The translations under genes and the position numbers were made by a program. From the NCBI GenBank assembly GCA_001687465.1, contig LVLI01000200.1:1-32021 (forward strand): DNA of 32,021 bases, written 5' to 3'. Within the stretch, counting starts at the first letter, position 1. Every line of letters begins with the position of its first letter. Below the pieces are notes generated by a model that saw only the letters and a program-made list of their open reading frames with translations, was not told the origin of the DNA and did no database searches. Below, one piece after another: positions 24,628-32,021 of the stretch. This stretch comes from Halocafeteria seosinensis. Taxonomy: Eukaryota.

Positions 24628-26602
24628 TTATTTGAACCCAAGGTACCCGGAAGACGAACCTGCAACTGGAGTGTCACTTCCAGTATTGCCAGTTACCTGT
24701 GCAAGTACGGACTGCACCCATGTGGGAAATGTGATCGTGCGTCTGTTCCAATATGTGTATACCACTGGGAATATTGTTTGCAACAACGTCAAAGCAAGCA
24801 TTATTGCTCCTGGGACGTTGAAATTGTGTCCTTCCGAATCGCTCGGGTGCAGCCCAAGTTGTAACAATGGCTGCGCAAGGAACCCAACGGCTCCACCAGT
24901 GAAGTAAGTGACACCAATCAACTTTCCTAGGTTAGTAAATCCAAACTCTGAGGAAATAAACGCTGCTGTGATCGAGAACAAAAAAGAGCGGAAAATGACG
25001 AACACTAGAAACGATACCACTTGTAGCTGCAAAACGGGGATCAATGTGAAGACAGAAAGCAGTATTCCCGAAATATTGGAGCCCCAAAAGCCTCCGACGA
25101 TACCATATTTATCTATTATTGTTCCAGTAACAAAAACGGCAAATATTCCTCCCAATGAAATCCAGCCGAACGCTTGAGTATACGAGCCATCTTCATCTCC
25201 GAAGTCTCGCAATATAGAGTTCAAAGAGACGAAGAAATAATTAAACTTCAAGATATTGATCCACGTAAATACAGTACCTCCGAAAAACCTAACAGTAAAC
25301 AGCTGTTCTCGGAAAGGTTTCCCTAAGTAAGGATACCTTTGGCGAGTTATTGTTTCCGCATCGTTAGTTTCATCGCCGTGTTCTCCCTCCTCTTGAAGAT
25401 CCTCATTGGACACCAGAGCTTGCTCTTTACTTCGTTCTTTCTTATTTCCTTCATTGAGGTCACTAGAGCGTCTCTTCGATTGCATTTCAATCCAATGGCC
25501 ATTTGCATGTGTTTCCTCAGCCGAGTCATCCAACATGCCTTGTTGATCCACTGGCTTATCCGCTTCGCGGTAGCGGAAGTTCGATTTCTCTCGTAACTGC
25601 AACTCCAACGCAGACTTGAATGGCCATCGAGGCCATAGCAAAACGGCAAACAGTGTGCACATGAGAACTGGTCCAATAATATATCCAATACAGATGGCAA
25701 ACAAACTTAAGCCGGCGTTAAAATATAGCATCCTCATGATGAGAAACATTATGGCACTCGAATCTCCACATCCGTTGAGAGTCGTAACAATACTGTTTTT
25801 TATCTTTGGAAACAAGTTTCCAAGAGAATACATAGGATGCAGTAAAGATACCGCAGTTGCTCCAATGAAAGAAAACCCACTGAAGAATACGGCAGCTTCC
25901 GACGCTGAGGAAGGCTGGGCCGCACGTTCTTTCCGCGGTACATTATAGTTCACGTTAACCAAACCACCTGAAAGACCGAACGCTAACAAGAGTAATCCAA
26001 TGACCCACAGACCTAGCCCATACAATACTGTGATCTTTACGCCAAATCGATCCAGAACTAAACCTGCGGTTCCAAACACCATACCCTCGAGGTCACGCAA
26101 GAAGAACCACACCACGGGGAAATCTCACCATTCACCAGGTTGAAGGCGTATGATACCGCTGACGCTACTGTGAAAATCAATGAAAGTCGCTCGACCTGAG
26201 CTGCACAGCTTTGATCCGATCCACTCAGATCATCCGGTTGGCACTCGTTCAAAAAGACACCTTTCTTAATCAACACCGGCTCAATGTTGGGCCATCCAAA
26301 AATGACAACACCTGCAATGCCGTACCGAGAGAATCAGCTTGGACAGTGAAGCATTGAGGCAGGCATAGCCACGTACTGCAGGTGAGTGTTTGGCAGCATG
26401 CGGCTGCCATCAAAAGATACCTATTCTGCCGGCATCCTCGGTTTGTGTAATCGAAGGAGGACATCCCCGTGCGGCGGTACATGTACTCTCTGTAATTGGC
26501 ACTGGAAAGGGGCTGTGAATCATATTGTGGAGGCTGTGTAGTGGCTAACGGGATCCCTTCCTCCTCCTCCACGTCCTCAGGCGATTCATCTTCTGCCATC
26601 AT
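24628..26602 (-). CDS. SLC43/LAT3-LAT4 MFS transporter, paralog C (~614 aa)
   Basis: Exons 26602-26377, 26311-26129 and 26063-24628. Same motifs and intron positions as paralogs A and B. Confidence 0.9.
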
Positions 26603-26946
26603 TGTTGCGTCGCCACTACTGTATCACAACCGCAATGCGTCCATCTATCTATGGTACTCGCATATGTGTCAACTGTGAACGATCATCTACAGTGAATGAT
26701 TGTACAATGTGCAATATGCATACTTCACAGACTTCTCGCGCGACGCGAGCCGCGACAGTGCGGCGACAGCCAGCGCAACCAACGAGACAAACCCATCTTG
26801 CATGGTACCTATTACGTTTCACACGTTTGGTCGCGTAGCTGAGGCTCATCGTGATTCATGGCCCATGGGCCGGCTCGCCCGGGACTTGGTTTTCAACCTG
26901 AGCCCCAAGCCTTTGGGCGTGCCATTATCAAGCTTCAGTAGCTTCA

Positions 26947-27081
26947 CAGTGCTGTGTTCCCTCACAACGCATGTCAGCAAGGCTGCAGGAACAGCGGGCC
27001 CGTCGCTGCTTAACACGGGCGCATACCGCTCCTCGTTAAGAGGATGTGGTCAACTTCCCGGCCGGTGGGCTATCTGTCACA

Positions 27082-27120
<39 letters not shown>
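26947..27120 (+). mobile_element. Truncated 3'-end copy of the chromodomain element, ending in TATCTGTCACAT-TT-(GT)18
   Basis: 26947-27062 is the reverse complement of 1-116 and encodes QCCVPSQRMSARLQEQRARRCLTRAHTAPR*. It continues CGGTGGGC, TATCTGTCACAT (27071-27082) and (GT)18 (27085-27120). Confidence 0.7.
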
Positions 27121-27122
<2 letters not shown>

Positions 27123-27516
27123 GACCGCACTGGGCCAACAGTTGCTTTACAGTGCAAGTCGATTATTCACCAGGTACGGTCAAAAGCTATTTGAACAAGA
27201 GTCCATAGTGTTTATGATCTTCATATCTAACTGCATGTTCGTCGATACTCTTTTTCTTTCGATGGGGATGTCTTTATGCAGACGAAGATGTTGAAGAACG
27301 GCCTCCCGTGAAGACGATCCTCCAAACTTAATCTGTGGCAACGGTGTTATTCAATGCCTCTTACAGGCCCACAAATACACAATATCCCCCGTATTACCTC
27401 GTAATCATTCGATCCCTGTTTGTGGAGGTGTTTTCCCTAAGTTACCCATCAAATTTTGCCGGTGGACCCATTAAAAAACACTCCAAATCCGACCCTTCAA
27501 AAATCACAACCCTGCA

Positions 27517-28932
27517 TCAGACATTTGCTCCGAACGTATTGTGTGAGTGGAAGGGGTTCATACAAAACGCTCTTTTTGTACGCAGCGTTCGTCCATCGTG
27601 ACTAGAAGAAACGCATACCGGGTACGACTGGAAACCAACGTGGACAACGAAACGGCGAAAATGGGTTGTCGAAGGATTTTCATGGCGGGATTGGTTTGCA
27701 TTGCCGCGGCGCTCGGCTGGACCGCAATGCATGTGAACGAATGCTCGTTGGACGCGTTTGTGGGCTGTGTTGATAACCGTTTCACGCATCGCTCGTTTTA
27801 CCAACGTTTGTACGGAAACAGCAGACGACAGCGACCAAGGATTCGAAAAGCGAGACGCACTCCTCATCGGGTGATGTGACGCCGCCCGAACGACGTGCGG
27901 GAGGAAATACGTTTGCGTAATCCCAAAATGTTTCCCCCCGCCGCAACCGCAAAGCAAGCAGGTCCGGCCGGACAAAGGTAGCCATACAAGCAGGATACAT
28001 AGCCCCACGGCATATGTTGGATGTCTTGGAACGTGACGCAGACGCGGGCAGTCATATCCATTGGCTCCATCGTTGAAACAATATGGCGCGTTCCAATAGG
28101 AGCGTATGTACTTCCCCTGTTCATTTTTGCCCGAGATACACTGGCGCAATGTTCGCTGTGGCATCGTCCCTTCCTGATCCTACCGGAAGGAAGCGTTTCG
28201 CGCATAGCGACATTTATCGCGGGCGTGTGCAGCGTACTAGTCATCCAAGGTTTCGTGTCCAAAACGTAGAGACATTCATCTTTGCCAGTTGTGCGTAAAC
28301 TATCAATCGAGCGGTGTCGCTCGTAACTGTTGAATCGCGAACAACGTACAAGTATCCTGTCTTATGTGATGCATACGGATGAGGGGGTAAGAAGCAAATA
28401 TCCTGTGTCAGATAGGTCGGTGTATCGCACATCCATTGGTCGTCGTACAACGTGTCCGGATGGTGGCAGCGATTGGGGGGAAACGCAGCGTCGCCCATCC
28501 CAAAACTTTGCCAGATCCCGCAGTTTGCAATACCGGTATGTACGGGTATGCTGGTAACCCTCGGATCACTGGCACGCTGGTCGTCATTCGCGCACGTGAC
28601 TCCAAAATAGTTCAACCGACTTGAATCAAAGACACTGAACGGCCCGTAGAAGCGAAAGGAGTGATGAAACTGGTACCCTTCGTTCCGTTGTGTACCCACG
28701 GGACGGCGGCTAGGGCACTTTTGCCCCGGAGAAGCTGTAATTTTTCTACCGTCTCGCTCTTGTTCTTGCCAGAATTGTTGTCTGTGCTGTGGGCGTAGTC
28801 CCAAATGGGAGTTTCAATGCCAATGCTGTGTGTACTGTACACCTCCTCGCGCTCATCGGAAAACTGATGCTCGTCAAGCTCGCAGAGCAGGGCAAGCAAT
28901 GCAGAAACATATTCCTTCGCTATGATGTGCAT
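27517..28932 (-). pseudogene. Possible decayed gene of unknown family
   Basis: Overlapping minus-strand ORFs carry protein-like segments (HHSFRFYGPF, GKYIRSYWNAPYCFNDGANGYDC, ETFWDYANVFPP, EECVSLFESLV) in changing frames. No splice model was found and no family was recognised. Confidence 0.3.
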
Positions 28933-29082
28933 ATGTCCATGACGAGGAAAAGCTGTTGCCCAAACTGACAGCAGGCGATGTCACTTTCTCGAGAATAAAC
29001 TTAACGCGCATAGTACAGTAGTACAATGTACAATTCAAATTGAATTGTCCAACAAGTTGAAGTTGGTCCACAGTGGTCTATT

Positions 29083-29102
29083 ATACTCGATATATCGAGT
29101 AT
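29083..29102. other. Perfect 20-bp palindrome ATACTCGATATATCGAGTAT
   Basis: Self reverse-complementary; lies about 95 bp upstream of the ARL2 ATG. Confidence 0.9.
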
Positions 29103-29195
29103 GTGCCATGTGTTTGTAAAGTCACTGTGCTATTATTGTTCGCAATTATATAGACCCTGGATCCCTTGTGGAAGAGAAGCGAGAGAGCCAAGACA

Positions 29196-29592
29196 ATGGG
29201 GTTATTAACGATTCCTGAAAAAAATCAAACAGAAAGAGAAGGAAATACGGCTTTTAATACTGTATGTGACCTCCATAGATGCTACTTTCATGCAATCCCG
29301 TGACCCGTGTATACCTAAATATGTATACTATTGGTGGACCAACGCAGGGGCTTGGACAATGCCGGGAAAACGACGATTTTGAAAAAATTCAACGGAGAAT
29401 CCATTGACACCATAAGTCCAACATTAGGCTTTAATATTCAGACCTTGGAGTATATGGGGTACGTCGGTTGATTCTGCAAATTTTTTCGCAATCAATGCAG
29501 TCATGGTATGTCGGTGCAGATATAACCTTAATGTATGGGATGTGGGAGGTCAACGTACAATTCGATCCTACTGGCGTAATTATTTCGAAGAA
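29196..29592 (+). pseudogene. ARL2: ARL2 small GTPase, 5' half only (83 codons), with a +1 frameshift
   Basis: Exons 29196-29261, 29348-29458 and 29520-29592 give MGLLTI(+C)[77 protein letters not shown]. There is an extra C at 29214/29215. No downstream exon with VVDS or NKxD was found. Confidence 0.9.
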
Positions 29593-29669
29593 GTAAGTGA
29601 AGAGAGTACATGAGACGAGTGTGTTAAAATGAAGCTCTGATACTGAATCTTGCTTCGCTTTGTTGATAG

Positions 29670-31764
29670 CTCTGAAAAGCATTCTGCGGAACAGGTTCGA
29701 TAAATTCCTCCAGCAGAAGCAATACAAAGCGTCATGGCCCACCGCAAAACAGGTAAAAGGCATCAAAGAGGCGTTCGAGGCCATGACGGGTGATTTGGAT
29801 GAGGCCTCCTTCGAGGACAAAGAAAGCCTTCAAGCGTTTCTCCAGGGCTACGTCAAGAAACACCAAGCCACCACAATCGCCGGTGAATTATTTCGGTGCT
29901 TGAAAAATGCCAGAGAAGCGCGTAAGTCTATGGTTTGTATGCGACAGTACAAATGTAGCTCAATTCCCAAATACCATATTGTTGTCTTCTCTTGTATTAC
30001 TTTGTTGCTTGTTTGCAGGAGGCGGCGGTGGAAGCTCAAGTTCTGCTGCTGTAGGTAAGTGTTCTCCTGTCTTGTATTACTTTTGTGTGCCTCGTCTTAG
30101 TCCCTTTGCTTGCAGCTGCTGGAGTGAGTAAGAATCTACAGGAAACAGATACAGACTCTGCATTGCAAGCATTTATAGAAGGCTTTTCTGCGGTGCAAAT
30201 AACGAGGGCAGCGGCCAACGAACGATTATCTGCTGGTTGTGTGTTAACATTTCCAACAAAGTTATTTAACTCTGAAAATTTTACCGATAAACTGTATATT
30301 CGGCACACGTATATCGACGTAGCCCAATTGATCTTCTCGAATTACTATGCCAACGGAGATACGGCGATGCAGATAAAGGCCCAAAATGCTCTGCAACACA
30401 TTGGATGCGACTTAGACGCGGAAGAAAAGGATCTTCCGAAGACTTGCTTGATATTTAGTGGAAGTCCTGGAATCGGAAAATCGGCCTGTATTGCTTTTAT
30501 AGCGTTCGTCTGCCACAAAGCGAATATTCCATTTGCTTTGGTGGGCGGCCAATCCACAGGATCGTTCGCAGGTCGGGCCGATTATGGACACGAAGGTCGT
30601 GATACGATTTTTCTTTTAGACCATGATAATAAGACGTATTTCGGGTGTAACACTGTCATTTTTACATCTCCGAATACAAAAAGACTAATACGTTGGAGAG
30701 GCATTGGTCCAACACCAGCCGCGAACCAAATGATGTTCATGAACGTTTGGAGCTGTGATGAATTGGAGGATTTTGCAAAAAAGTGTTATACAGAAGACCG
30801 CGTGGCTATGCTGGATGTGCTGTACGTGCATTTGGGAGGAAGCCCTCGTCACGTGATTCCACCACCATGGGTGAAGAACGAAGAAAAAATGCTTGATTAC
30901 GTAGAGGAAACTATTGGTCCTAGACTAAACACAATTAAGGACGAGGATAGCTTAAGTGAGGCGCTTACTGGTGAACTTAAAGAGAGTGAAGGGAAGATGT
31001 CTCATGCTTTGATTCACTATGTAACTCCCTTAGGGAAGAACGTTTGCAGCTACAAGGATCTAACTTGCATGTCTGCCTCGTCGTACATAGCCAAGAAACT
31101 CGCTGACAAAGCACAAAGGATGTTAGGTATGCAACGGATGTATCAATTTCTACTTCTTCAAAACAATTCGAAGGCGGCTGTCCTCCTTGGACGCCTATAC
31201 GAACCTATTGCTGTTGAGCAACTGTGCTCTAAGTGGCTTGCAATCGTCAAAAACAGGAGAGGCAGGTACCTAGGCAAACGCAAGCCCGCTCCTCCAGGCA
31301 CGTTGAAACCAGGTGGGGTGCCCGATAATGGATTTGTCCCTGTCGACTTTTTTGGCATTTCTGACTTGGGTAAAGAATCCTTAGTGAATGCCGGTAATGA
31401 CGACTTGCTAATTCCTGGGGATAGTACTTTCCCAGTTGGTGACGTAGTTCGCCGAGGGATGCATGAGAGTTTTCTCGTGGATCTCTACCAAGCCACTGTG
31501 GCCCATGAGCATCCAATTTCGTATCTCGGTCTACAGCAAATAGCTGAAGCCGTCCGCAGTGCTATGGACCTTTGTGAAAATGAGCCAGTGGGCATTCGTT
31601 TATTCTTCTGCGTGCCTCCTGAACGCTACAAGCAGTTCAATAAGCAAGAAGTAAAGAAAGGAGCGACGGTTGTTGAGTGTCCCCCCAACGTTGTTTTGGA
31701 GCAGTTTTGTCTAGAAGTACCATTACCCAATAGTCCGATTCTTGACAAGACAAGTCTTTGGTAA
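29670..31764 (+). CDS. Crinkler/RHS (CR)-type effector: helical header, Gly/Ser linker, P-loop NTPase and restriction-endonuclease-fold domain; 5' end unresolved
   Basis: Exons 29670-29921, 30019-30054 and 30116-31764 join in frame through phase-1 introns of 97 and 61 nt. CR motifs in order: KLYIRHTY, Walker A GSPGIGKS (30460-30483), IFLLD, VIFTSP, MNVWSCDEL, GGSPRHV, SHALIH, ASSYI, GRLYE, FPVGD, LYQATVAHEHPIS, LFFCVPP..Y..F.KQ. The first in-frame ATG is at 29783. Confidence 0.85.
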
Positions 31765-31949
31765 TAAAAAAACCTTCAATATATAATATATGTCTAACAC
31801 ACACACAGGACAAATCGCCCGTATCGGCAAAAGTACATATTTTACAAAACTTTATGTCAATTGCTGGGCCACCTCATGTAACATACGATATTGTGTTTCA
31901 CCAAGGTACAGTACAGTCTTGACAGTCTTGGAATCGCGATACATTCACC

Positions 31950-31981
31950 GTGTGTGTGTGTGTGTGTATGTGTGTGTGTGT

Positions 31982-32021
<40 letters not shown>
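31950..32021. repeat. Imperfect (GT)n microsatellite running off the window end
   Basis: About 72 nt of GT with one TA and one GG interruption. Confidence 0.95.

Noticed and set aside
20267..25948. Similar plus-strand ORFs repeated three times (for example PEILDPQNPP-like peptides)
   Set aside because: They are antisense shadows of the three SLC43 paralogs.
1..27062. The 116-bp inverted pair as terminal inverted repeats of a 27-kb transposon or endogenous virus
   Set aside because: The enclosed genes are ordinary intron-containing cellular genes with no transposase, polymerase or capsid, and the repeat is the coding 3' end of an ORF.
26700..27294. ORFs with CVCVCV runs as Cys-rich proteins
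   Set aside because: The runs are translation through the (GT)18 microsatellite.
29592..29675. Simple functional ARL2-CR fusion through the nearest acceptor
   Set aside because: A phase-0 donor meets a phase-1 exon and reads CTC TGA, and ARL2 exon 1 is frameshifted as given.
31950..32021. Terminal TG tract as a telomere or a fourth element end
   Set aside because: It is a near-pure GT dinucleotide like the internal tracts, has no TTAGGG-type unit and is not preceded by TATCTGTCACAT. It is more likely a microsatellite at a contig or window edge.

Overview
Gene-dense eukaryotic DNA with short spliceosomal GT-AG introns (about 53-97 nt), probably from a protist; stramenopile-like is inference only. 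Manual splicing gives these intact genes: a 1241-aa Cys-rich multi-TM receptor-like protein, a bacterial long-form GAPDH with six introns, a MICU-family EF-hand protein, COG7, an unknown EF-hand protein, a DUG3-like glutamine amidotransferase and three tandem SLC43/LAT3-type MFS transporters. The right end holds a frameshifted, truncated ARL2 5' half running directly into a Crinkler/RHS-type NTPase+REase effector built from symmetric phase-1 exons. The left end holds a chromodomain ORF with RNase H-like motifs. The first 116 bp of the window, which include the end of that ORF, recur inverted at 26947-27062, followed by TATCTGTCACAT and a (GT)n tract. The same 12-mer plus (GT)n occurs at 15391, pointing to a mobile element tied to GT microsatellites. 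Both of these tracts border blocks of decayed genes. All family assignments come from recalled motifs, not database searches.
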